This document shows, one piece after another, positions 15,367-26,227 of a stretch of 32,000 nucleotides of DNA. Each line of letters starts with the position of its first letter. Position 1 is the stretch's first letter. Position numbers and translations under genes: made by a program. This stretch comes from Dehalococcoidia bacterium. Lineage in GTDB: Bacteria > Chloroflexota > Dehalococcoidia > UBA6926. The stretch is taken from positions 339,208-371,207 of the forward strand of contig CAXXET010000004.1 in the NCBI GenBank assembly GCA_963666115.2, given 5' to 3'. The notes beneath the pieces are model-generated. The model was given only the letters and a program-made list of their open reading frames with translations, had not been told where the DNA came from and did no database searches.

Positions 15367-15570
15367 TCACGCGCTCCTCACCAATACAATTGGGCCATGT
15401 ATAGCCCTGTCCCCCGAAATCGTGGACATAAGGTCGCGTGACCACAGACGTTCCGTCTCCGCGTCGTAACAGACACGGCAAAGATGCTCCACACCTTCAA
15501 AGCATGGCGCGTCCTTGTAGTGAAAGGTGGCGGGCTGGCCACAGTTATCGCATTCGACGACAGGATTCAT
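15367..15570 (-). CDS. Small zinc-ribbon protein (CxxC...CxxC), unknown function
   Basis: ECDNCGQ...LCRVCY. Strong AGGAGG SD 5 nt before the ATG. Low-GC relative to the flanks. Confidence 0.5.
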   Translation of the reverse strand: MNPVVECDNCGQPATFHYKDAPCFEGVEHLCRVCYDAETERLWSRDLMSTISGDRAIHGPIVLVRSA

Positions 15571-15614
15571 GGCGTCCTCCTGCTAGCTGCATCGCTACTT
15601 CCTCTGCGGCTTCT

Positions 15615-15639
15615 GGATTCCCGCTTTCGCGGGAATGAC
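15615..15639 (+). repeat. Repeat family B, copy B3
   Basis: GGATTCCCGCTTTCGCGGGAATGAC. Intergenic. Confidence 0.9.
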
Positions 15640-15674
15640 GGGTGGTGACTAGGCAACGGATTGCTCCTGACGCG

Positions 15675-17366
15675 TCAGTGCGGCGTGGTGGCGGTGTGAG
15701 AGGATTTGCCGTTGATGTACTCCTCGAACTCGTCACGGAAGTAGCGGATGGCGCTGTTCAGGACGCCGGGGGCGAGTTGACCGAGCCCGCAGAGGGAGCC
15801 CTGCACCATGGATGCGCCGACGTTCTGGAGCTTCTCAATGTCGCCGTCCTGGCCGTAGCCCTCCGTGATGGTGGCAAGGACGTGGGAGATGTGGGTTGCG
15901 CCCTTGCGGCAGGGGAAGCACTTGCCGCAGGATTCGGCGTCGATGAACTCGGCGATGTTCTTGACGAGATCGACGATGCTAGTGTCTTCGTCGAGGACGA
16001 GGATGCCGCCGGAGCCGAGCGGGCTGCCCTTGGCGGTCATGGCCTGGAACTCCGTGGGCATATCCATTTCAGCGGCGGGCATGATGCCGCCGAGCGGCCC
16101 GCCGCATTGGAGCGCCTTCACTTTCTTGCCGCCGCGAATGCCGCCCGCGACGTTTTCAATGACTCCGGCCAAGTTGATTCCAACGGGGATTTCCGCAATT
16201 CCGGGTTTATTTATGTGGCCGGAGAGGGAGAGCATGGCGGTGCCGGAGGCGTTCTCCGTGCCGATGGCGGCGAATGCCTCCGCGCCCATGTCAAGGACGG
16301 TTGGCACATACGCGATGGTCTTGACGTTGTTGATGGTGGTGGGGCGGCCAAAGATGCCGTAGGCGGCCGGGAACGGGGGGCGGGGGCGGGGCGCGCCGCG
16401 CTTGCCCTCGACGGACTCCATGAGCGCGGTCTCCTCGCCGCAGATGTATGCGTGGCCGGTGGCCTCGATCTCAACCTCGTGGGAGAAGTCCGTGCCCATG
16501 ATGTTGTGGCCGACAAGGCCGCGCTCCTCCATCTCATGGAGGGCGCGGCGGAGGCGTTCAAGCGGCAGCCGGTATTCGGCGCGGACGTGAATGTAGCTCT
16601 TGTTGGCACCCATGGCGTATGAGGCGATCAGGATGCCTTCCAGGAGGCGATGCGGGTCGTTTTCGACGATGGCGGCATCGGTGAACGCGCCGGGGTCGCC
16701 CTCCTCGCCGTTGATCGCAAGATAGCGGTCGCCGGGGCCGGGCGGGCCCATGAAGCTCCACTTGACGCCGGCGGGGAACAACGCGCCGCCGCGCCCGCGC
16801 AGGCCGGACTCGCGCACCATATCAACGACTTCCTGGGGAGTCATGTCATGGAGGGCTTTGTCGAGGGAGGCGAGGCCGCCGTTGGCGACGTAGTGGAGGA
16901 TATTGCCGGGCTCGATGAGGCCGAAGTTGGCCATGAGGAGGCGGAGTTGGTCGCGCATCCAGGGCTGCTCGGCCAGGAGGGGGATATCGACGCCGTGGAT
17001 GGGAGTTGCGCCATGGACGCCGAGGGCAAGATCGGGGCGAAGGTTGACGTCGACGAGGACATCGCGGAGGAGTTGGGGGGCAGTGTCGGCGTCGATATTG
17101 CCGTAGGAGACGCGGGGCATGTTTGGCGGGGCGATATGGACGACGGGGTCCGCCCATGAGAAGCCAATATCGCCGACCTCAAGGACGCGGGCCTCTATGC
17201 CGAGTTCGTCGATTGTGCGGCGGATGGCATTGAGGGTATCGCCCGCGCCGACGGTGAGGCTCGCGGCGGAGATGCCGACGCTGACGCGGGCAACGGAGGG
17301 ATCGTCCCACTGCGTCCAGGCGGCATCCGCCTCTTGCTTGAGTGATTGATAGAGTTCGGATGGCAT
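15675..17366 (-). CDS. NuoF-like NADH-binding FMN/[4Fe-4S] flavoprotein with an N-terminal thioredoxin-like domain
   Basis: GRGGALFPAGVKW, INGEEGDPGAF, YICGEETALMESVEGKRGAPRPRPPFPA and ESCGKCFPCRKG are present. The start is trimmed to MPSELY at 17366, 2 nt after the nuoE-like stop. Confidence 0.85.
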   Translation of the reverse strand: MPSELYQSLKQEADAAWTQWDDPSVARVSVGISAASLTVGAGDTLNAIRRTIDELGIEARVLEVGDIGFSWADPVVHIAPPNMPRVSYGNIDADTAPQLLRDVLVDVNLRPDLALGVHGATPIHGVDIPLLAEQPWMRDQLRLLMANFGLIEPGNILHYVANGGLASLDKALHDMTPQEVVDMVRESGLRGRGGALFPAGVKWSFMGPPGPGDRYLAINGEEGDPGAFTDAAIVENDPHRLLEGILIASYAMGANKSYIHVRAEYRLPLERLRRALHEMEERGLVGHNIMGTDFSHEVEIEATGHAYICGEETALMESVEGKRGAPRPRPPFPAAYGIFGRPTTINNVKTIAYVPTVLDMGAEAFAAIGTENASGTAMLSLSGHINKPGIAEIPVGINLAGVIENVAGGIRGGKKVKALQCGGPLGGIMPAAEMDMPTEFQAMTAKGSPLGSGGILVLDEDTSIVDLVKNIAEFIDAESCGKCFPCRKGATHISHVLATITEGYGQDGDIEKLQNVGASMVQGSLCGLGQLAPGVLNSAIRYFRDEFEEYINGKSSHTATTPH

Positions 17367-17368
17367 GG

Positions 17369-17848
17369 CTACGAGGGGCCTCCAAGGTTGGCTGCGAGTT
17401 GGGCGGCGGACTGGGGTGTGAGTTGGCCGCGCCACTGTTGATCATAGGCGACGACGGGGGCCTGGTTGCAGAGGCGGGGGCAGGAGATTGTTCGCACTTC
17501 AACGCCGCCGCTGCCGCCGGATTCGACGGCTTCGCGGATGGCGCGCTCGATGGAGCGGGCGCCGGTGACGTGGCAGGGGGCATCGATGCAGACGTCGATG
17601 AAGTGGTCGCTGCCCTGCCCGACTGAGAAATCGGAGTAGAAGGAGAGGACGCCCCAGACTTCAGGCTGGGAGTAGCCGAGAATCTCGGCGGCGTCATCGA
17701 CGGTGGTCTCAGGGATGTAGTTGAGCTGGTACTGGACGTCCAGCAAGGCCATGAGGAGCGCGCCCTTGTGGCCGACGTAGGCGGAGATGATGTCACGGGC
17801 GCGCTGGCGGGCGGCATCGGTGTTGTTGTTGGGTGTGGTGGTGGTCAT
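17369..17848 (-). CDS. NuoE-like thioredoxin-fold [2Fe-2S] subunit
   Basis: LSFYSDF plus the Cys pattern CIDAPCH ... SCPRLC. Length is 159 aa. Confidence 0.8.
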   Translation of the reverse strand: MTTTTPNNNTDAARQRARDIISAYVGHKGALLMALLDVQYQLNYIPETTVDDAAEILGYSQPEVWGVLSFYSDFSVGQGSDHFIDVCIDAPCHVTGARSIERAIREAVESGGSGGVEVRTISCPRLCNQAPVVAYDQQWRGQLTPQSAAQLAANLGGPS

Positions 17849-17854
17849 GTGGAC

Positions 17855-17860
17855 AGGATA
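17855..17860 (-). promoter_or_regulatory. -10-like TATCCT exactly 6 nt upstream of the ATG at 17848 (leaderless-type arrangement)
   Basis: The rc reads tgcTATCCTgtccacATG. No SD and no good -35. Confidence 0.3.
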
Positions 17861-17877
17861 GCAGAGGGCGGGTGCTC

Positions 17878-18165
17878 TTAGGGTGGGGCTTTTTGAGGGG
17901 GCGGAGTAGCGGTGATGGCGGCTTCCATTAGGAAGATGCCTATCGCTGTTAGCCAGAGGGCGGTGAGGGGTTGTTCGCTGAAGAAGAGGTTGTAGACGCC
18001 GTAGAGGATGAGGGCGGCTGCTCCCAGTTGGCCTATGCGGGCGGCGGTTCTTGTTGCGCGGTTTTGGTTGCCGGTGATTTTCCAGAGGGCGGCGGTGAGT
18101 AGGCGGCCGCCGTCCAGCGGGAAGAGGGGCAGCAGGTTGAAGGCTCCGATGATGAGGTTGGCCAT
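17878..18165 (-). pseudogene. 5'-truncated remnant of an M50 (site-2 protease) family gene
   Basis: Retains FNLLPLFPLDGGR and two C-terminal TM segments. No HExxH-containing N-terminal half exists. The upstream frame hits a stop at about 18244-18246 and the next gene starts at 18263. Confidence 0.6.
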
Positions 18166-18262
18166 GGCGATGTATTCAAGGGCACGTCCATGAGGTACAG
18201 GCCGATGACTTGGGATTGTACAATGTGGGGGCAGTGAGGGTAACTAACATTGGCGGGCGGTT

Positions 18263-19018
18263 GTGTTTGAGATAGATATTAGCTCCGGGGCGCTGGCGGC
18301 GCTGACTCTTGGCTTTTTGCTAGGGCTGAAGCACGCGACGGACGCTGATCACGTGGTGGCGGTTTCAACCATCGCGATGCAGCAGCGGAAGGTGTGGAGC
18401 GGGCTGTGGGTTGGCACGTCGTGGGGGCTGGGACATACGACGCCGCTGTTGGTCTTAGGCATCATCATCCTGATTGTGAAGGAATCCGTGATGAGCCGCT
18501 ATGAGGCGGTGGCGCCGGTTTTGGAGTTCGGGGTTGGGATCATGCTGGTGTTCCTGGGGGCGCAGGTGTTGTACAACCTGCGGCGGGGGCGCCTGCATAC
18601 ACACGTTCACACGGGGGAGGCGCAGCCGCACGTGCACGTTCACGCGACACACAGGCGGGCGAGCGATGATGAGCCGCCGGAGGAAGACGGGGCGCGTTCG
18701 CGGCCATCCGTGTTTCGGCTGCGGTCATTCGTGATCGGGACGGTGCATGGGCTGGCGGGGAGCGCGGCGGTGATGCTGGTGCTGCTGCCGAGCATCGACG
18801 GGTTCTGGGTGGGCGTGGGTTATCTGCTTTTGTTTGGCGTGGGGACAATCATCTCGATGGGAGCGATCACGATTTTGCTGGGGGTGCCTTCTGCGCTCAC
18901 TCAGGGGACGCGTCGGCTGAACCTGGCTGTGGCCGGGGTGGCGGGCATCGCCAGCCTGGGTTTCGGCCTGATGTTGATGAGCGACATTGGGCTGGGGACG
19001 AGCTTGTCGCCGTTATAG
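18263..19018 (+). CDS. Short NiCoT-signature (HX4DH) nickel/cobalt-type transporter with a His-rich loop
   Basis: GLKHATDADHVVAV in the first TM pair, the loop HTHVHTGEAQPHVHVHATH, and a second-half repeat GTVHGLAGS. GTG start. Confidence 0.55.
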   Translation: MFEIDISSGALAALTLGFLLGLKHATDADHVVAVSTIAMQQRKVWSGLWVGTSWGLGHTTPLLVLGIIILIVKESVMSRYEAVAPVLEFGVGIMLVFLGAQVLYNLRRGRLHTHVHTGEAQPHVHVHATHRRASDDEPPEEDGARSRPSVFRLRSFVIGTVHGLAGSAAVMLVLLPSIDGFWVGVGYLLLFGVGTIISMGAITILLGVPSALTQGTRRLNLAVAGVAGIASLGFGLMLMSDIGLGTSLSPL

Positions 19019-19026
19019 GGGAAGGT

Positions 19027-19101
<75 letters not shown>

Positions 19102-19142
19102 TCGGTGGTGAATACCTGTCCAGTATACGCGGTTGGCGCCGA

Positions 19143-19161
19143 AACAAGTGAATAGGTCAAG
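19143..19161 (-). other. 3' strand of the 23S rRNA processing stem
   Basis: AACAAGTGAATAGGTCAAG is the exact reverse complement of 22278-22296. Confidence 0.7.
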
Positions 19162-19226
19162 GGCGGTCATTTTGCACTGACCGGCGGTCTTTTCCAGTGG
19201 GTAGGAAACGAGGTTAAGTAGTAAGC

Positions 19227-22218
<2,992 letters not shown>

Positions 22219-22277
22219 CTACTTTGACTCGTTTCTTCTGCATTGTTGAAGAACCGCGGTCAGTACATACTGACCGT

Positions 22278-22296
22278 CTTGACCTATTCACTTGTT
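22278..22296 (-). other. 5' strand of the 23S rRNA processing stem
   Basis: CTTGACCTATTCACTTGTT forms a perfect 19-bp complement with 19143-19161, bracketing the mature 23S. Confidence 0.7.
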
Positions 22297-22344
22297 AAGG
22301 CGCAAACCATCATGCCGCCCGTCCGAGGACGGCGGCGGACTACC

Positions 22345-22374
22345 ACTATACGGACGCGGGGCGCGGGGTGTCAA
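22345..22374 (-). promoter_or_regulatory. rRNA promoter TTGACA-18 nt-TATAGT
   Basis: The rc of 22369-22374 is TTGACA and the rc of 22345-22350 is TATAGT. Lies about 125 nt upstream of the 23S 5' end. Confidence 0.6.
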
Positions 22375-22463
22375 TGAGCGCCCTTCGACAAGCTCAGGGT
22401 GACCGGAGGGTGGCTGGTAGAATTGGGGGGTAGCGACGGCCAGAAGGCGGCGAGGGGGGATGC

Positions 22464-23495
22464 ATGCAGCTTCGGAAACTATCCGGCGGACTCAAGGATG
22501 CGTACCGCGGGTCGAACGTCGCCGGCCGCGTGCGAGATTTCGACGGATGGCTCGCCAGGGCGTCCGCCGATGACGGGGACGGCTACGACCACGCGGCAAC
22601 GGTCAAGGAATACTACGACCTGTGCAGCGAGTTCATGGTGTACGGATGGGGCGAGTCCCTGCACTTCGCTCCCCTTTCGCCCACGGAGAGCCTGGAGGAG
22701 TCCAAGGCACGGCACCAGCGGTTGATGATCGAGAAGCTGGAGCTTGCGGAGGGGATGACGGTCATCGACGTTGGCTGCGGGCTGGGCGGGCCGATGCGCC
22801 GCGTGGTCAGCGAGGGCGGCGTCAGGGTCGTTGGAATCAGCAACAGCGAACTCCAGTTGGAGAAGGCGCGCGCGCTGAATGCCGAGGCGGGAATCGACGA
22901 CATGGTCGATTACGTGGCGTGCAACTTCATGGACATGGGCGTTATTGCGGACAACACGTTCGACCGGGGATACGCGATTGAATCCACGTGCCACGCGCCG
23001 GACAAGGCAGGCGCGTTCGCGGAGATCTACCGGGTGCTGAAGCCGGGCGCGCTGCTGTGGGGCCAGGAGATGTGCATGACGGACGCGTTCAATCCCGATG
23101 ACGATCAGCATCGCACCATCAAGCAGGACCTCATGCGCGGCATTGCGCTCAACGGCATCGCGACGACGCAGGAGGTGGACTGGACGCTGGAAGCGGTAGG
23201 GTTCGAGGTGATCGAGGGTATGGATCGGGGCGTGGTGGAGGACGATTTGGCGACGCCGTGGTACAGGCCGATGGAGAATCGGCACGGGACGGTGGGCAAC
23301 GCCCTGCGGAGGACGCCGCTGGGGCGCAAGGGGATCATGTGGGGGTCAAAGCTGGCGGAGTTGGCCAGGGTATTTCCCAAGGGGTCTACGGACGTGATCG
23401 GGCTGCTGGACCGGACGGCGAATGCGTACGTGGCGGGCGGGAAGACGGGGATATTTTCGCCGCTCTATTGTTTTTTGGCGCGGAAGCCGGGTTAG
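22464..23495 (+). CDS. Sterol 24-C-methyltransferase (ERG6/SMT) family SAM-dependent methyltransferase
   Basis: Colinear with yeast ERG6 across the whole length: YYDLCSEFMVYGWGESLHF (region I), VIDVGCGLGGP (SAM site), NTFDRGYAIESTCHAP (region III), YRVLKPG, PWYRPM, and C-terminal AGGKTGIFSPLYCFLARKP. GAGGGGGG SD. Confidence 0.85.
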   Translation: MQLRKLSGGLKDAYRGSNVAGRVRDFDGWLARASADDGDGYDHAATVKEYYDLCSEFMVYGWGESLHFAPLSPTESLEESKARHQRLMIEKLELAEGMTVIDVGCGLGGPMRRVVSEGGVRVVGISNSELQLEKARALNAEAGIDDMVDYVACNFMDMGVIADNTFDRGYAIESTCHAPDKAGAFAEIYRVLKPGALLWGQEMCMTDAFNPDDDQHRTIKQDLMRGIALNGIATTQEVDWTLEAVGFEVIEGMDRGVVEDDLATPWYRPMENRHGTVGNALRRTPLGRKGIMWGSKLAELARVFPKGSTDVIGLLDRTANAYVAGGKTGIFSPLYCFLARKPG

Positions 23496-23540
23496 ATTCT
23501 TCGCTGCGCTCAGAATGACAAGCCGCGCTCAGAATGACAA
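23496..23540 (+). repeat. Repeat family A, copy A3 (23496-23521) plus partial GCGCTCAGAATGACA (23526-23540)
   Basis: Identical 26-mer. The partial copy provides the last codons (LSF) and the TGA stop of the convergent peptidase gene. Confidence 0.9.
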
Positions 23541-24608
23541 AAGCAGGGCGCGGCAGAATTGGGCGCCCTGTTCGAGTTCTGAGATTTTGACGCTCTCACG
23601 GACGGTGTGGGCATCGTGCATGGCCGCGCCGACCACGACGGCCTCAATGCCGTTGAGGACGAAGACGTTGCCGTCCGTGCCGCCGCCGGAGACCGCCATC
23701 TGGGGGGTCATACCGAGCCGCGTCAGGGTGTCCTTGACGCGGGCGAGCGCGCCGGCGGATTCATCCAGGCGGTAGCCGATGAATTGCTCTCGGAGGTCGC
23801 AGTTGATTGTGGCTTCCGTCCATCGCCCCTGCGTGTCCTGCACGATATTGAGGAGATAGGAGCGGACGCGCTCAAGGGCATCCGGGTCATGGCTGCGGGT
23901 TTCGCCGGTCAGGCTCGCGTGTTCCGGCACGGCGTTGCGGACGCTGCCGCCCTCGATGAGGCCGACGTTGAAGGTGGTGTTTTCGTCCAAGCGGCCGAGC
24001 CGCATCTGGACGATCATCTCTGCGGCGATCTGGATTGCAGAGATGCCCTTTTCCGGCTCGACGCCGGCGTGGGCGGCACGTCCGGTAATGTCGATGTCAA
24101 AGGCCAGATAGGTGGGACTGCCCGTCGTGACCTGGTAGGCGGGGCCTTCGCCGTCAAAGACGACGGCTTCTTTGGCACGGAGCATGGAGAAATCAAGGTT
24201 CTTGGCGCCGACGAGTCCGATTTCCTCTTCGCGAGTGAGGGCGATTTCAACGGGGCGGCGGGGCGCGCCGTCCAGTTGGAGGGATTCCAACGCTTCGAGG
24301 ATGACAGACAGTCCGGCCTTGCAGTCGCCGCCAAGGACGGTGGATTGGTCGGTGTGGATGATGTCGCCATCGATGATGGGCCGGATGCCCCGCCCCGGCT
24401 CAACAGTATCCATGTGGGCGGAGAGGAGGATGGGGGAGTCGCCGGGCTCGGTGGCGATGACGTTGCCGTATGCGTCACGGGAGACTGTGAATCCGAGGGC
24501 TGCGAGGCGGGTTGAGAGGACGTCCGCGACGGCGGCCTCTTCGCCAGAGGGGCTGTCAATGCGGACGAGATCGGTGAATGTGGTGATGAGGCGGTCACGG
24601 TCAATCAT
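23529..24608 (-). CDS. M20-family metallopeptidase (peptidase T / YqjE-like)
   Basis: LLSAHMDTV, GGDCKAG, REEEIGLVGA, GRAAHAG and GGTDGN are present. AAGGAG SD. Confidence 0.8.
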   Translation of the reverse strand: MIDRDRLITTFTDLVRIDSPSGEEAAVADVLSTRLAALGFTVSRDAYGNVIATEPGDSPILLSAHMDTVEPGRGIRPIIDGDIIHTDQSTVLGGDCKAGLSVILEALESLQLDGAPRRPVEIALTREEEIGLVGAKNLDFSMLRAKEAVVFDGEGPAYQVTTGSPTYLAFDIDITGRAAHAGVEPEKGISAIQIAAEMIVQMRLGRLDENTTFNVGLIEGGSVRNAVPEHASLTGETRSHDPDALERVRSYLLNIVQDTQGRWTEATINCDLREQFIGYRLDESAGALARVKDTLTRLGMTPQMAVSGGGTDGNVFVLNGIEAVVVGAAMHDAHTVRESVKISELEQGAQFCRALLLSF

Positions 24609-24623
24609 TGGGAGGGTTCTCCT

Positions 24624-25733
24624 TTAGAGCATGATCATGGCGTCGCCGAAGGAGTAGAAGCGGTATTCGTTGGCGATTGCCTCGCGGTAGGCGCGATCCA
24701 CGAGGTCTTTGCCCGCAAAGGCGGCGGCGAGCATGAGGAGGGTGGAGCGCGGGAGGTGGAAGTTGGTAATCATCGCGCCAATCACGTTGAATTGGAAGCC
24801 GGGGAGGATCATGAGTTCCGTTTCGCCGATTTCAGGAGCGATTCTTCGTGGTCCACGCTGACCGGCGGTCGCTTCCTGGTTGATGGCTATCGACTCAAGG
24901 GCACGGACGGGTGTTGAACCAACGGCTACGATACGCCGTCCGTCTGCGAGCGCCTGTGAGATGGTCTGCGCCGCATCCTCCGGCAGCTCGTAGCGCTCCT
25001 GCCCCATGACGTGTTCGCGGGGGTCATCGACCTTCACGGGCCTGAACGTTCCGGGGCCAACGTCCAGCGTCAGGCGGGCAATGCGGACACCCTGTTCCTG
25101 CAGGCCGTCCATCAGTTCCGGCGTGAAATGGAGCCCTGCGGTTGGCGCGGCGACGCTGCCGGGCTTGGAGGCATAGATGGTCTGATAACGTTCGAGGTTG
25201 GGAATCTCCTGGCGGATGTAGGGGGGGAGGGGCACCTGGCCGACGTCATCGAGGACAAAGCCCTCCGGCAGGGTCACTAGGCGAGTGCCGTCCGTGTATT
25301 GCTGGCCGACGTGGACACGGGGCGCGCCGGGGGCGTCCAACTCAACGATGGTGTTCGCGGCGACGCGGCGCGATGGGCGCACCATGGCGGTCCACATGCG
25401 CTCATTGGCTTCGACTCCCTCTCCTGTGCCCGCGACAGGGCGGATGAGGAGAATCTCAACGTGTCCGCCGCCGTCTCGCTTGGTGCCCAGGAGGCGGGCG
25501 GGGATGACGCGGGTCTCGTTGACAACGAGGACGTCTCCCTCCGTGAGCACGGAGCCGAGTTCATAGAAATGCCTGTGCTCGATCAGGCCGGAGTCGCGGT
25601 GGACGACGAGGAGGCGGGACTGGTCGCGGGGTTCGATGGGCTGCTGGGCGATGAGATGCTCAGGGAGTTCAAAGTCGTAATCGGCCACCATGAAGGAGGC
25701 GGAGCCGCCGTTGCCGGAATCGTCGGATGTCAT
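24624..25733 (-). CDS. queA: S-adenosylmethionine:tRNA ribosyltransferase-isomerase
   Basis: DYDFELPEHLIAQQPIEPRDQSRLLVV, FHLPRSTLLML and YRFYSFGDAMIML are present. The alternative start MVADYDF at 25691 matches the E. coli N-terminus but has no SD. Confidence 0.9.
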   Translation of the reverse strand: MTSDDSGNGGSASFMVADYDFELPEHLIAQQPIEPRDQSRLLVVHRDSGLIEHRHFYELGSVLTEGDVLVVNETRVIPARLLGTKRDGGGHVEILLIRPVAGTGEGVEANERMWTAMVRPSRRVAANTIVELDAPGAPRVHVGQQYTDGTRLVTLPEGFVLDDVGQVPLPPYIRQEIPNLERYQTIYASKPGSVAAPTAGLHFTPELMDGLQEQGVRIARLTLDVGPGTFRPVKVDDPREHVMGQERYELPEDAAQTISQALADGRRIVAVGSTPVRALESIAINQEATAGQRGPRRIAPEIGETELMILPGFQFNVIGAMITNFHLPRSTLLMLAAAFAGKDLVDRAYREAIANEYRFYSFGDAMIML

Positions 25734-25741
25734 GAGTTCTG

Positions 25742-26227
25742 TCAGCCTTGCGCAACTGCCTGTACAGGTGATTCTACAACGGAGACGGTTCCCGTCATAC
25801 CGGGGTCCGAATGGCCGGGGATGGAGCAGATGAGATCGAATTCGCCGACCTTCGTTGGCGTGAAGCGAACTGTCTTCTTGGAACCAATCCGCATCGATCC
25901 CGTTGCGACGCTGAACTCCTCGATGACGAGATCGTGGTCGACGGTGCCGAGGTTCCTGAACTCGATGACGGCTTCCCGGTTCACGGGAATCTCGATGACA
26001 TCCGGTTCAAATGCCCATTCGGTGCCGACGACGATGTAGCTGCCGTCGGGTTGGAGGCCCGTCGCGCCGATGTCCTGGTTGTTGTTGCAGGCGGCGAGGG
26101 CGAGGGTGAGGAGAAGGAGGAGGGGGAGATTCTTCGCTGCGCTCAGAATGACATAGCCGATGGATTGCGGGGCCGGCCCGATGGATTCCGGCTTTCGCCG
26201 GAATGAGGGGAAAATACGTTTCGTCAT
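25742..26227 (-). CDS. Type-1 copper (cupredoxin) lipoprotein
   Basis: Lipobox LALAAC, then a single cupredoxin domain with ligands H (TVDHD) and C-x4-H-x4-M (CSIPGHSDPGM). The only in-frame start shares one base with the folD stop (TAATG). Confidence 0.7.
   Translation of the reverse strand: MTKRIFPSFRRKPESIGPAPQSIGYVILSAAKNLPLLLLLTLALAACNNNQDIGATGLQPDGSYIVVGTEWAFEPDVIEIPVNREAVIEFRNLGTVDHDLVIEEFSVATGSMRIGSKKTVRFTPTKVGEFDLICSIPGHSDPGMTGTVSVVESPVQAVAQG
26128..26153 (+). repeat. Repeat family A, copy A4, inside the cupredoxin signal-peptide region
   Basis: Identical 26-mer, translated as VILSAAKN in the same frame as copy A2. Confidence 0.9.
26183..26207 (+). repeat. Repeat family B, copy B4, with a compensatory stem change
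   Basis: GGATTCCGGCTTTCGCCGGAATGAG. The stem is TTCCGGC/GCCGGAA instead of TTCCCGC/GCGGGAA, so both arms changed and pairing is kept. Translated as FRRKPES in the cupredoxin ORF. Confidence 0.85.

Noticed and set aside
18196-18224. Promoter for the NiCoT-like gene around TACAAT (18219-18224), and a 6-bp inverted repeat CAATGT/ACATTG as a metal-regulator operator
   Set aside because: There is no acceptable -35 at 16-18 nt and the inverted repeat is only 6 bp, which is too weak to call.
19102-19226. Possible 5S rRNA between the 23S 3' end and the tRNA
   Set aside because: Neither strand contains the conserved 5S blocks (for example CCCATGCCGAAC or GGTAGT...GGG). The segment is instead accounted for by the 23S processing stem and a small hairpin (GGTCA-N-TGACC).
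22381-22412. CCCTTCGACAAGCTCAGGGTGACCGG (and the similar TCAGGGTGAGCGG at 125-137) as a fourth repeat family
   Set aside because: There are only two partial, short matches in this window. It may be a genome-wide element, but that cannot be supported from this sequence alone.
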